Shown in pieces: positions 1 to 10,077 of a stretch of 48,660 bases of DNA (position 1 is the stretch's first letter; every line of letters begins with the position of its first letter). This stretch comes from an uncultured delta proteobacterium (GTDB lineage: Bacteria; Myxococcota; Myxococcia; Myxococcales; Anaeromyxobacteraceae), in contig CAVYBH010000006.1 of the NCBI GenBank assembly GCA_963766715.1, positions 1-48,660 on the forward strand. The letters run 5' to 3'. The notes under the pieces were generated by a model. It had not been told where the DNA came from. It saw only the letters and a list, made by a program, of their open reading frames with translations, and made no database searches. A program made the translations under genes and the position numbers.

Positions 1-617
1 TGACGATGAGGAAGGTCACCTTCTGCTGCCGGTTCACGTCCCGGAGCAACGAGAAGACCTCGTCGGCGGTCTGCGGTGTCCAGGTTTCCGGTGGGCTCGT
101 CCGCGAGGACAATCTTGGGGTTCATGGCCAGGGACCGTGCGATGGCCACCCGCTGCGCCTGCCCGCCCGAGAGGGTGGTGGCCCGGTTCCCGGCCCGGGC
201 CGACAGGCCCACGCGATCGAGGAGGGCCCGCCCGCACTCCGGCATCGACGCGTCGAGGCGACCCTTGTCGGCCGCCATGGGAATCATGACGTTCTCGAGC
301 GCCGTGAACTCCGGGAGCAGGTGGTGGAACTGGAAGACGAACCCGAGCGTGCGTCCCCGGCACCGGGTGAGCTCGTCCTCGTCCATGGCCCCGGTGTCCT
401 GGCCGTCGAGCAGGACGCGCCCGCCGGTGGGCCGGTCGAGGGTCCATGATGTGGAGCAGCGTGCTCTTGCCCGAGCCGGACGGCCCCATGAGGGCGGCGA
501 ACTCGCCCGGTGGAGCACGAGATCCACGCCGCGGAGCACCCGGGTCCGGGCCTCCCCCTCGCCGAAGTCCCGGACAATCCCCTCCAGCCGCATGACCTCG
601 GGCCTGGATTCGCCCAT
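1..617 (-). CDS. ABC transporter ATP-binding protein (LolD/MacB-like); frameshifted, runs off the window start
   Basis: Joined frames give MGESRPEVMRLEGIVRDFGEG...GEFAALMGPSGSGKSTLLHIM (Walker A), then FVFQFHHLL and an LSGG signature; indels near 445 and 510. Confidence 0.85.
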   Translation of the reverse strand, partial: MGESRPEVMRLEGIVRDFGEGEARTRVLRGVDLVLHRASSPPSWGRPARARARCSTSWTLDRPTGGRVLLDGQDTGAMDEDELTRCRGRTLGFVFQFHHLLPEFTALENVMIPMAADKGRLDASMPECGRALLDRVGLSARAGNRATTLSGGQAQRVAIARSLAMNPKIVLADEPTGNLDTADRRRGLLVAPGREPAAEGDLPHR

Positions 618-1820
618 AGCGGATGACCTCCGCGGGGTCGAGGCGGGCCGCCCGGGTGGCCGGGAACCAGGCGGCCATCGTCCCGGTGAGGATGGCCACG
701 CCCGACGCGCCCAGGTAGAGGAGCGGCGTCAGGTCCACCGGGAAGAGGGGCGCACCGCCGGGCCCCCGGGCCAGTCCCGCGAAGGCCAGGCCCATGGCCG
801 ACCCGAGGACGGAGCCCAGCACCAGCCCAGCGCCCCGACGATGGCGCCCTCGAGGAGGAAGATGCGCTGGATGGTCCGGGTGGACGTCCCGGTGGCCCTC
901 AGGATCCCAATCTCGCGGGACTTCTGGATGACCGAGACCCCCAGCACGCTGGCGATCCCCAGCGCCACCGCCATGACCACCAGGGACTGGATAATCCAGC
1001 TCGACGCCGACTGGGACCGGAGCCCCACGAGGAGCTGCTGGTTCAGCTCCATCCAGCTGTCCGCGGAGAGCCCGTAGCGGCTCTCGATATCCCGGGCCAG
1101 GCGCTCGGCCTCGAAAATCTCGGCGACCTTGACCTCGATGGTCGTCGCGCCCCCGGGCACGTCGAGCATCGTCTGGGCCGAGCGGAGCGGCACGAACACC
1201 CAGCGCTGGTTCACGTCCTTGTTCCCCAGGTCGAAGATGCCGGAGATGACGAAGACGTCGCCGCGCCCCTCCGGCGTCGACAGGCGGAGCTTGTCCCCGA
1301 CCGCCACGCCGAGATCGCTCGCCAGCACCGTCCCGATGATGGCCTCCGTCCCCTCCAGGGCGAAGCGGCCGGACTGCATCTTGGGAACAATCTCGATGAC
1401 CCGGGAGAAGCTCTCCGGGTCGATCCCTCGCAGGGCCACCGACTTGGAGGCCGCGCCCCGGCTCGCGAAGGCGGAGCCGGCTGCCGTGGGCGTGGCGGCC
1501 AGCACGCCCGGGATGGCCTGGATGCCCTCGAGCACCTGCTGCCACTGCTCGATGGACCGGATGCGGTCCGGAACCTTCTCGACGTGGTCGGCGACACGCT
1601 CCGGCGACGGCAGCGGGCGGGCCACCCGCTCCTGCGCCTTCACCAGGATGTGGGCCTGGGCCGACAGGGTCTGCGCCACCAGCGTGCGCTGCAGGCCCCC
1701 GATGAGCGCGGTGAGGAAGATGAGCACCGCCACGCCGACGGTGGTGCCCCCCAGGACGAGCGCGGTCTGCGCCCGGCCCTCCTTCAGGTAGCGGACCGCG
1801 ATGAAGACCTCGAAGCGCAT
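611..1820 (-). CDS. FtsX/LolE-like ABC transporter permease (frameshift near 830; 3' end approximate)
   Basis: MRFEVFIAVRYLKEG N-terminal TM, periplasmic domain, KSREIGILRATG motif, C-terminal PATRAARLDPAEVIRYG. Confidence 0.88.
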
Positions 1821-1834
1821 GCGCAGCCCGGCCC

Positions 1835-3038
1835 TCAGCGGGCCGGCTCCGTGCGCACCCGGGCGCCGGGTCCCACGGCCGAGGTGGGCGCGACCACCGC
1901 CTCCCCTGGTTCGAGGCCGGAGAGGACCTGGGCGGCTCGCTCCCCGCGCATGCCCAGCTTCACCGGGACCCGGACGGTGCGCCCGGCCCGGACGGCCAGC
2001 ACCCACGGGTCGGTTCCCGCGTCCCGCACGGCGCCGGACGGCAGCACGAGGGCGCGCGGTCGCGCCCGACCTCGACGTTCACCGAGACGGTCATGTCGGG
2101 TCGCAGGAACGGCGGCGGATCCGGGACGTCGAGCTTCACCTCCACCGTGCCGCGGGAGAGGTCGACCGCCGGGGCGATGTAGGCGACCCGGGCCGGGAAG
2201 ACGCGATCCGGAAAGGCGTCGACCGAGGCCGTGGCCGGCTGGCCCAGGCGCAGGAAGGCCAGGTTCTTCTCGTCCGGGAGCACCGAGAGCTGGGTCGGGC
2301 CGTCGCGGGCCACCACGAGCAGCGTGCGCCCGGGCTGGACCACGTCGCCCGGCTCCACGTCCCGCTCGGTGACGACGCCGTCGGCCGGGGCCGATCTGCA
2401 GCTGGTCGAGCCGGGCCGCGGCGGCCTGCTCGGCGCCCCGGGCCTGCTCGAGCGCCGCCTGCGCCACGTGCCGGTCGGACCCCGAGGCCACGGAGCTCGC
2501 CTGGATGCGGGCCGAGGCGAGCTGGCTCGCCGCGAGGTCGCGCGCCTGCTGGGCGTCGTCGAGGTCCTGCCGGCTGACCGAGCCGGCCTCGGCCAGCGTG
2601 CGGTTGCGGGCGAGCTTCGTCTCCGCCTGATCCAGTCGCAGCTCGGCCTGGCGGACCGCCTCGGCGGTCACACGCGCCGACACGACGTCGACCTGCTCGA
2701 GCCGGGCCGCCGCCTGGGCGACGGCCGACCGGGCCTGGGCGAACGCCGCCCGCGCCTCCGCGTCGTCGAGCTGGACGAGCACCTGACCGGCCTTCACCCG
2801 GTCCCCCTTGTCGACCGCCACCCGCGTGGCCCTGCCGACCACGACGCTCCCAATCTGGATCCGGGCCGGCGCGAGCACCCGCCGCTCGCCACGACCCGCT
2901 GGACCAGCTCCTGGCGCTCCGCCACCCAGACCGGCACCCGGGGCCCGAGCAGGGCACGGCCGCCCAGGAAGAGCCCAGGGCCGCCGCGCCGGCGACGAGG
3001 ATCCAGCGCCAGCGGCGAGCCTTGGGGGACGGGGCCAT
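1835..3038 (-). CDS. Efflux periplasmic adaptor subunit (HlyD/MacA family); several frameshifts
   Basis: N-terminal TM (RWRWILVAGAAALG), VDKGDRVKAGQVLVQLD lipoyl half, coiled hairpin, EPGDVVQPG, LRPDMTVSV. Confidence 0.88.
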
Positions 3039-3167
3039 GAACCGTCGAGTATACGTTTGGTCCGGGCGCTCCCGGACCGGGAAATCGGGACGTCGCCCTT
3101 CCCTTTCCTCCTGCCGGGACGGTCCCTGCCCGGTAGACTCACCCGACTTTCACCCCGAGGGGAGCGC

Positions 3168-4334
3168 ATGGACCAGGAGATGTGGGCACTCGTCTACGAC
3201 CGGAAGAGGGACCCCTGGAGCACCTCCAAGGGCCTGCGCAAGGAACGCGTCCCCCGCCCCACGCTGGACGTGGGCAAGGACTACCGCGACGCCTCGATGG
3301 TCATCGTCAAGCCGCGCTTCGCCGGCTTCTGCGGGTCGGACCGCGGCATCTGGTTCCGCCGGGCCTTCGGCGACATGATCCAGTCGACGCTCGCGGCCGA
3401 GGGAAAGGACGCGCGCGTCATCGGTCACGAGCTGCTCGGCGAGGTGGTCGAGGCCGGCCCGGAGGCCACCCGCGACTTCGGGCTCCACCCCGGCGACGTG
3501 GTCTCCACCGAGAGCCACATCATCTGCAACACCTGCTACCAGTGCCGGATCGGCGACAACCACGTCTGCGCCACCGATCGGATCATCGGCATCAGCGTCG
3601 ACGGGTGCTTCGCCGAGTACGTGAAGCTGCCCGCCCAGGCGCTCTGGCCCACCGACGTGAAGAAGATCCGGCCGGAGGTGGCGGCGCTCCAGGAGCCGTT
3701 CGGGAACGCGGTCCACGCCTGCACCAAGGTGAACCTGCGCGGGAAGTCGGTGGCCATCATCGGCTGCGGCACCATCGGCCTCTTCGCCATCGCGGTGGCC
3801 CGGGCGCTGGGCGCCCGGCAGGTGATCGGCGTCGAGCCCATGCGGACCCACATCGAGATGGCGAAGAAGCTGGGCGCCGACGCCGTGGTCGAGCCCACCA
3901 AGACCACCGAGACCTCCTACGTCCACGACGAGGGGATCACCAAGGCGATCCACGCGCTCACCGACGGGGTCGGCGTGGACGTGGCCCTCGAGATGTCCGG
4001 CTCCAACGCCGCGCTCAACACCGCCATCTCGGTGGTCCGGCGCGGCGGCCACGTCATCCTGTTCGGCCTGAAGAGCGGCGAGGCGGTCATCGAGAGCCTG
4101 GAGCGGGTGATCGTGGACGGCATCAGCCTCCACGCCGTGGTGGGGCGGCGCATCTTCGAGACCTGGCACATCACCCGCAACCTGCTCGAGTCCACCTCCC
4201 CCAACATCCAGGAGCAGGTCTGGAAGGTGATCCTGCAGGGCGGGAACGGCACGATCGTGCCCTTCTCGACGTGGGAGCCGGTCTCCTTCGAGGAGAAGAT
4301 CAAGGCCCACCCCAAGGTCCTCATCCAGTTCTGA
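3168..4334 (+). CDS. tdh: L-threonine 3-dehydrogenase-like zinc-dependent dehydrogenase
   Basis: GFCGSD, GHE, CNTCYQC...C structural zinc site, GCGTIG Rossmann motif; directly upstream of kbl; GAGGGGAG RBS. Confidence 0.85.
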   Translation: MDQEMWALVYDRKRDPWSTSKGLRKERVPRPTLDVGKDYRDASMVIVKPRFAGFCGSDRGIWFRRAFGDMIQSTLAAEGKDARVIGHELLGEVVEAGPEATRDFGLHPGDVVSTESHIICNTCYQCRIGDNHVCATDRIIGISVDGCFAEYVKLPAQALWPTDVKKIRPEVAALQEPFGNAVHACTKVNLRGKSVAIIGCGTIGLFAIAVARALGARQVIGVEPMRTHIEMAKKLGADAVVEPTKTTETSYVHDEGITKAIHALTDGVGVDVALEMSGSNAALNTAISVVRRGGHVILFGLKSGEAVIESLERVIVDGISLHAVVGRRIFETWHITRNLLESTSPNIQEQVWKVILQGGNGTIVPFSTWEPVSFEEKIKAHPKVLIQF

Positions 4335-4352
4335 CCGGCCCGAGGAGTCCCC

Positions 4353-5594
4353 GTGTACGACGACGCCCAGAAGGTCCTGGCCCGAGCCCTCGAGGAGATC
4401 CGCGCCGCCGGCACGTGGAAGGAGGAGCGGATCCTCCAGTCGCCGCAGGGCGCGGAGATCGAGGTGGGCGGCCGCAAGGTCCTCAACTTCTGCGCCAACA
4501 ACTACCTCGGGCTCTCCGACCATCCTGGCCTGCTCTCGGCGGCGCGGAGCGCGCTCGACGGGCGCGGCTACGGCCTGTCGTCGGTGCGCTTCATCTGCGG
4601 GACCCAGGACCTTCACCGGGAGCTGGAGCGGCGGCTGGCGGCCTTCTTCGGCTTCGAGGACGCCATCCTCTTCTCCTCCTGCTTCGACGCCAACGGCGGG
4701 GTGTTCGAGGCGTTGCTGGGCGAGCAGGACGCCATCGTCTCCGACTCGCTCAACCACGCCTCCATCATCGACGGCATCCGGCTCGCCAAGGCCCGGCGCT
4801 ACCGCTACGCCCACGCCGACCTGGCGGACCTGGAATCGAAGCTCGGCGAGGCCGCCGACGCGCGGCTCCGGCTGGTGGTCACCGACGGCGTCTTCTCCAT
4901 GGACGGCGACCTGGCGCGGCTCGACGAGATCTGCGCCATCGCCGAGCGGCACCGGGCGCTCGTGCTGGTCGACGACTCGCACGCGTCGGGCTTCGTGGGG
5001 CGCACCGGGCGCGGGACGCCCGAGCACTTCGGGGTCCAGGGGCGCGTGGACATCCTCACCTCCACCCTGGGCAAGGCGCTGGGCGGGGCCGCGGGCGGGT
5101 TCGTGGCAGGTCCACGCGAGGTGGTCGACCTGCTCCGGCAGCGGGCCCGCCCGTACCTGTTCTCCAACACGGTGGCCCCCCCCATCGTCGGGGCCAGCCT
5201 GGCCGCCCTCGACCTGATCGAGAGCTCGACCGAGCTGCGCGACAGGCTCATGGCCAACGCGAAGCGGTTCCGGGAGGGCATGTCGGCGGCCGGATTCCAG
5301 CTCCGCCCGGGCTTCCACCCCATCACGCCCATCATGCTGGGCGACGCGCGGCTGGCCGTGGACTTCGCCCGCGACCTGCTCGACGAGGGGATCTACGTCA
5401 TCGGCTTCAGCTTCCCCGTCGTCCCGAAGGGCGAGGCACGCATCCGCGTCCAGCTCTCGGCGGCCCACTCGACCGAGATGGTGGACCGGGCCGTCGCGGC
5501 CTTCGTGAAGGTGGGGCGGCGGCGCGGGGTGATGCGGCCGAGGCCTCGCCAGGCCCAGAAGACGAAGAGCAGTCCGGCGCTCCAGGCCCAGTAG
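4353..5594 (+). CDS. kbl: Glycine C-acetyltransferase (2-amino-3-ketobutyrate CoA ligase); true 3' end may be near 5540
   Basis: [50 protein letters not shown] (PLP lysine). Confidence 0.95.
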   Translation: MYDDAQKVLARALEEIRAAGTWKEERILQSPQGAEIEVGGRKVLNFCANNYLGLSDHPGLLSAARSALDGRGYGLSSVRFICGTQDLHRELERRLAAFFGFEDAILFSSCFDANGGVFEALLGEQDAIVSDSLNHASIIDGIRLAKARRYRYAHADLADLESKLGEAADARLRLVVTDGVFSMDGDLARLDEICAIAERHRALVLVDDSHASGFVGRTGRGTPEHFGVQGRVDILTSTLGKALGGAAGGFVAGPREVVDLLRQRARPYLFSNTVAPPIVGASLAALDLIESSTELRDRLMANAKRFREGMSAAGFQLRPGFHPITPIMLGDARLAVDFARDLLDEGIYVIGFSFPVVPKGEARIRVQLSAAHSTEMVDRAVAAFVKVGRRRGVMRPRPRQAQKTKSSPALQAQ

Positions 5595-6310
5595 CTGGGC
5601 GCGAGCTGCCAGGTCTTGGTGGACCCGAAGTTGTTCACGCTCGACCGGGTGAAGTCGATGAAGAGCATGGTCCGGTTGATGCCCGTGTCGTAGTCCATCT
5701 GCTTCGAGAGCTGGGTGTCGAAGAAGTCGAGCACGAGCGCCACCCCCAGCGTGGCCGACCAGCCGAAGGTTCCGCCGGAGCCGCGGGAGACGACGCCGGT
5801 CGTCGGGTCGGTGTAGCTCGACACGCCGCTCTGCCCGGTGGCGGACCAGATGTAGTCGAGGATCGCACCGCGCACGTAGGGCGCGAGCGGGACCTCGAAG
5901 CGCTCGTAGAACCAGTCGACCCGGTAGGTGGCCTCGAGCTGGAGCGGGATGATCATGAGGCTCGTGCTGCCGCCTACCTGGGTCACCCCGTTCGCCGTGT
6001 ACTGCCCCTTGCCCCACACCTGCCAGTAGCCGGCGCCGAAGCCGATGTCGAGCGTGCCCACCTCGGTGAGCCAGACCGACTTGGAGAAGATGGCCTGCAC
6101 CATGAGCGGACGGCTCGTGCCGAAGCTGGAGGCGTACGGGAGGGGCGTGCCGGGCGAGGCGACGAACTCGGAGTCGATGTTGGGGCTGAAGGGGGAGAGC
6201 GAGAACTGGAGGGAGCCCCAGCGCGGCGACTCCTTCGACACGATGACCGGGCTCTGGGCCGCGGCGGGCAGCGCCGCCAGCAGGGCCAGCGCGAGGAGGG
6301 CCTTCTTCAC
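5555..6310 (-). CDS. MXAN_2562-family outer-membrane beta-barrel protein (expected end after ...GLLFVF; the given sequence reads through to 5393)
   Basis: Signal peptide [36 protein letters not shown] motif, alternating beta-strands, terminal LLFVF beta-signal; GTG overlaps the upstream TGA. Confidence 0.75.
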
Positions 6311-7237
6311 GAGCGCCTCCGCCGCACGGCGAGGAGCCCGAGGAGCGCGAGCGCGGGAGCGAGCGCGCCCGCACCGCCCGTGCTGCAGCCGCCCGTCTCG
6401 ACGCCCCCGTCCTTCTTGTAGACGTCCCAGAAGCTGAGGAATGGCAGCGGCGTGGTGGAGGCGTTGGGGCCGAAGGGCGGCGTGGACGGCTGGGCCCGGG
6501 TTCCCGGCCTGGCTCAGGGCCGTGGCGGTCACGCTGTAGGGGACCGAGTTGGTGAGGCCGCCGCAGGTGATCGCGCCCACGTTGCTCGGGCCGCCGGTGC
6601 CGGCGGTCCCGGTCGTGGTCGGGGTGCAGGTGATGGTGTAGGTGATGCCGTCGATGGCCGCGTAGGCGGTGGTCGGGGTCCCGGCTGCGACGTTCACGGT
6701 GAGCTGTCCGTCGCCCGGGGTGGAGCTGCTCACCACCGGCGGCGGAGGGACGGCCAGCTGGAACTTGAACTTGATGTCGGACGAGGCGAGCTGCCAGTTC
6801 GCCGTGGACCCGGCCGGCAGGTAGTAGACGCACAGGTTCACGGTCACGTCGGCGGGCGTGGGCCCGGCGCAGGTGGTCACGCCGGCCGCGGTGGCGATGG
6901 AGGCGACCAGGACGCCGGTCACGGTCTGGGTGGCCCCGGTGGCCAGCACGTCGAGGAAGCCGGTGGGCGCCCCGGTCGAGCCGCCGTTCGTCGAGCAGCC
7001 GGTGGCCTGGCTGACGGCGGCGAGCCGCCACTTGTCGCCCGCCGTGACGACCGGCGTGACGTTCGCCGAGATCGCCCAGGTCGAGGTGAGGCTCACGTTC
7101 GCGCAGTCGGCCTGGTTGGCGAGGTCGGGCAGGGTCTGGGAGGTCACCGTGGCCACGGTCGTCCCGGGGGTGACGGTGGTCTGGGCCAGCGCTGCGCCGG
7201 GGAGGAGACAGAGGAGGAGCGTGGCTCTGCGGAGCAT
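6307..7237 (-). CDS. MXAN_2561-family MYXO-CTERM-anchored, Thr-rich surface protein with an Fn3-like region (frameshift near 6485)
   Basis: Signal peptide MLRRATLLLCLL; after the frame change [41 protein letters not shown] = GC motif + TM + Arg tail. Confidence 0.8.
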
Positions 7238-7249
7238 GGGGGTCGATTC

Positions 7250-7265
7250 TGCAAGGCCGGGGCCA
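7250..7265 (-). promoter_or_regulatory. Sigma54 (-24/-12) promoter of the MYXO-CTERM/beta-barrel operon
   Basis: Minus strand reads TGGCCC-CGGCC-TTGCA, an exact GG-N10-GC spacing, ending 12 nt before the ATG. Confidence 0.7.
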
Positions 7266-7325
7266 CCCATGCAAGCTCCCGTCGACGCAGGGGGCGCAGG
7301 TCCGGCGGCGGAGTGGCTCGCCTTT

Positions 7326-7372
7326 TTGGCAAATGTGGACCCGGGGCGGTGGTCCACCTGACAAATTGGCAA
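7326..7372. promoter_or_regulatory. Candidate enhancer or transcription factor site: two TTGGCAA boxes 40 bp apart flanking a GTGGACC-N9-GGTCCAC inverted repeat
   Basis: TTGGCAA at 7326 and 7366; inverted repeat arms 7335-7341 and 7351-7357; AT-rich patch upstream of the sigma54 promoter. Confidence 0.5.
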
Positions 7373-7417
7373 TGAAACGACCGGAGAAGAGGCCCCGCCG
7401 GAGGCCCCACCCAGGGG

Positions 7418-8441
7418 TCAGCGGCCCCGGAGCCGGACCCACTCCTCGGCGATGCGGACCGCGTTTCCGGCCGCGCTGCGCCGCAGGTTGTCGGCCACCA
7501 CGAAGAGGTCGAGCCCGTTGCCCTGGGAGGCGTCCTCCCGGACGCGCCCCACCAGGACCGCGTCGTCGTTCACGGCCAGCATCGGCATCGGGTAGACCCG
7601 CTCGGCCGGGGCGTCCACCACCTTCACCCCGGGAGACGCCCGGAGCAGGGCCCGGGCCTCCTCGGCCGGAAGCGGGCGCGCCGTCCTGATATTCACCGTT
7701 AGTGCGTGTCCGTAGAAGACCGGGACCCGGATGGCGGTGGCGGTGGCGGCGAGCGCCGGGGCGGCCAGCAGGCGCCGCAGCTCGGCTCCCACGGCCACCT
7801 CCTCCTCGGAGTGGCCGCCGGCGTCGAAGTCGCCCACCTGGGGCACCAGGTTGAAGCCCCATCCGGTGGGAGAGGTCCGAGGGGTCCGGTTCCTCGCCGT
7901 TGAGGAGCGCGACCATCTCCTTCTCGAGCTGCCGGACGCCGGCCCGGCCCGAGCCGGAGGCCGCGAAGAGGACGGTGACCACCACCCGCTCCACGCCCAC
8001 CTTCCGGTGGATGGGGCCGAGCGTCAGGGCGAGCGGGACCACCGGCCCGGACGGGCCGGCCACGATGCCCTTCGCCTTCGCGGCGGCCACGGCGTCGTCG
8101 TTCCAGCCGGCCACGACCAGCGGGACGTCGGGGGCGGAGCGGAAGGCCGTGGAGAGGTCGACCGCCAGGCACCCGTCGGCCCAGGCCCGGGGGGCCCATT
8201 CCCGCACGATCGAGGCGGGGGCGGCGAAGATGGCGGCGTCGCAGCCCCGGAAGGACTTCTCCCCCAGCGCCTCGACCTCCAGCTCGTCCCCGCGGAACTC
8301 GAGCAGGTCCACCTCGGAACGGGTGGTGGCGAAGAGGCGCGGCGCGACCGCGACCTCCCGGGCCTCCAGGTCCTCGAGCACGGCGCGACCCACCGAACCG
8401 GTGGCACCCACGACGGCGAGCTGCATCGGACGATCGGTCAT
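7418..8441 (-). CDS. Aspartate-semialdehyde dehydrogenase homolog (Usg-like, catalytic Cys motif absent); frameshift near 7860
   Basis: VVGATGSVG, DLSTAFR..DVPLVV, RVPVFYGH, DNLRRSAAGNAV; the NPNCST motif is replaced by GPSGPV. Confidence 0.8.
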
Positions 8442-9349
8442 GCCTTCTTCTCCTGGTGAAGCAGGTCGCGCAGGGCCGGCTCGAGCGCCGGCCAGCGGAA
8501 TCGGTACCCGAGCGAGAGCGCCGCGCGGGGGAGGACGCGCTGGCTGGCGAGCACCACCTCGGCCATCTCTCCCAGCGCCGCGCGGACGGCGAAGGCCGGC
8601 GTGGCAATCAGGCTGGGGCGGTGGAGCACCCGGCCGATGGCGCGGGCCAGGTCGCGGTTGCGCGCCGGGTCGGGCGCGGTGGCGTTCATCGGGCCCTCGG
8701 CCCCCGGGTTCTCGAGGGCGAGCCGGAGGATGCCCACCTGGTCGGCGAGGTGGATCCAGGACTGCCAGAAGCTGCCGTCCCCGACCGGCCCTCCGGCGAA
8801 CGCCCGGAAGGGCAGCACCAGCTTGGGGAGCGCCCCGCCCCCGGCCGCGAGGACGATGCCGGTGCGGACGAGCACGACGCGGGCCCTCTTCCGGGCCGGG
8901 CTCGCCGCCTCCTCCCACTCGACCGCGACGCGGGAGAGGAAGTCGTCGCCCGGCGGGGAGGACTCGTCGAGCACCTCGTCCCCGCGCGGGCCGTAGTAGC
9001 CGATGGCGCTCCCGCTCACGAGCACCGAGGGGCCCCCGCCGGCGATCACCGCCGCGACGTTGCGGGTGGCGTCCACGCGGCTGTCGCGGATGCGGCGCCG
9101 CCGGGCCTCCGTCCACCTGCCGGCGGCGACCGGCTCCCCGGCCAGGTTCACGCAGGCATCGCAGCGGGAGAGCTCCTCCTGCCACGCGCCGGGGACGGCC
9201 GGATCGCCCAGCACCGCGCGCGAGCCGGCGGGCAGGCCGGCCGGGGCGGCGCTGCGGGAGAGGGCCGCCACCTCGTGGCCGTCCTGGAGGAGCGACGCCG
9301 CGAGGGCCCGGCCGATGAGCCCGGTGGCTCCGGTGACGAAGACGCGCAT
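8438..9349 (-). CDS. TIGR01777-family NAD-dependent epimerase/oxidoreductase (YfcH-like)
   Basis: MRVFVTGATGLIG, VNLAGE..RW, GSAIGYYG, SWIHLAD, C-terminal DUF1731-like ASQRVLP. Confidence 0.92.
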   Translation of the reverse strand: MRVFVTGATGLIGRALAASLLQDGHEVAALSRSAAPAGLPAGSRAVLGDPAVPGAWQEELSRCDACVNLAGEPVAAGRWTEARRRRIRDSRVDATRNVAAVIAGGGPSVLVSGSAIGYYGPRGDEVLDESSPPGDDFLSRVAVEWEEAASPARKRARVVLVRTGIVLAAGGGALPKLVLPFRAFAGGPVGDGSFWQSWIHLADQVGILRLALENPGAEGPMNATAPDPARNRDLARAIGRVLHRPSLIATPAFAVRAALGEMAEVVLASQRVLPRAALSLGYRFRWPALEPALRDLLHQEKKA

Positions 9350-9351
9350 GA

Positions 9352-10077
9352 TCAGGGGAGCCCGGCCGGGAACTTCACCTCGGCCTCGCTCTTCCGGACG
9401 TAGTGGGGCTCGAGGGCGAAGAGGGCCTGGGCGTCGAAGGTGGCGTGGCGGAGGCGCGAGGCCGCCAGGCGGCCGACCGACTCGCCGGAGGGGAACGCAG
9501 GAGCCGACTCGAGGAAGGGAAGCGATCCCTGCAGCGCGTCCCGGTAGGCCCCGAAGCCTTCCCCGAAGCCCACGGCCGGCCCGAGCCCGGCGATCCGGGC
9601 CGCCAGCGCCTCCGGGGCGATGGCCTCCTCCGGGTGCACCGCGGTCACGCCCTCCCCGTCGGCCCGGTAGTACCCGGCGTAGACCTCTCCCTTGCGGGCG
9701 TCGAGGAGCGGGACGAGGAGCGCGCCGCGGGCGGCGGGCAGCGAGGCCGCCTCGAGCGCCAGGGCCGCGAGGCTGGAGGCTCCCGCGATGGGGCGCCGGT
9801 TGGCGTAGGCGAGCCCCTTCCACGTGGCCAGCCCGATGCGGAGCCCGGTGAAGGAGCCCGGCCCGATGCCGATCGCGAAGGCCTCCACCTCGCCGACGCC
9901 TCGCCCCAGCGCGCCGAGCAGGTCGGTGAGGGCCCCGGGCAGCCGGATGCCGTGGCCGCCTCCGGGACCGGCCGGCCGGTCGGTGCGCGTGGTGAGCACC
10001 TCGACCCCGTCCTCGCGCAGCTCGAGGAGCGCGCAGGACAAGGTCAGGGTCGACGTATCGAGCGCCGCGACCAGCAT
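9352..10077 (-). CDS. tsaB: tRNA threonylcarbamoyladenosine biosynthesis protein TsaB
   Basis: ALDTST, GPGSFTGLRIG, DARKGEVY, LEPHYVR. Confidence 0.95.
   Translation of the reverse strand: MLVAALDTSTLTLSCALLELREDGVEVLTTRTDRPAGPGGGHGIRLPGALTDLLGALGRGVGEVEAFAIGIGPGSFTGLRIGLATWKGLAYANRRPIAGASSLAALALEAASLPAARGALLVPLLDARKGEVYAGYYRADGEGVTAVHPEEAIAPEALAARIAGLGPAVGFGEGFGAYRDALQGSLPFLESAPAFPSGESVGRLAASRLRHATFDAQALFALEPHYVRKSEAEVKFPAGLP

Noticed and set aside
34..1545. Permease-ATPase fusion
   Set aside because: The ATPase has its own ATG (617) and a typical N-terminus in another frame; the apparent fusion comes from an indel
5393..7372. Single 659-aa autotransporter-like fusion
   Set aside because: An artefact of the frameshift near 6485; the corrected frame ends in a MYXO-CTERM with TGA, and the barrel has its own start and signal peptide
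3150..9185. 2011-aa minus-strand ORF and other very long ORFs (35273-38452 +, 26775-29666 -, 44901-47480 +)
   Set aside because: Shadow frames of real genes in GC-rich DNA; R/G/P-rich with no domain motifs, apart from segments belonging to genes annotated separately
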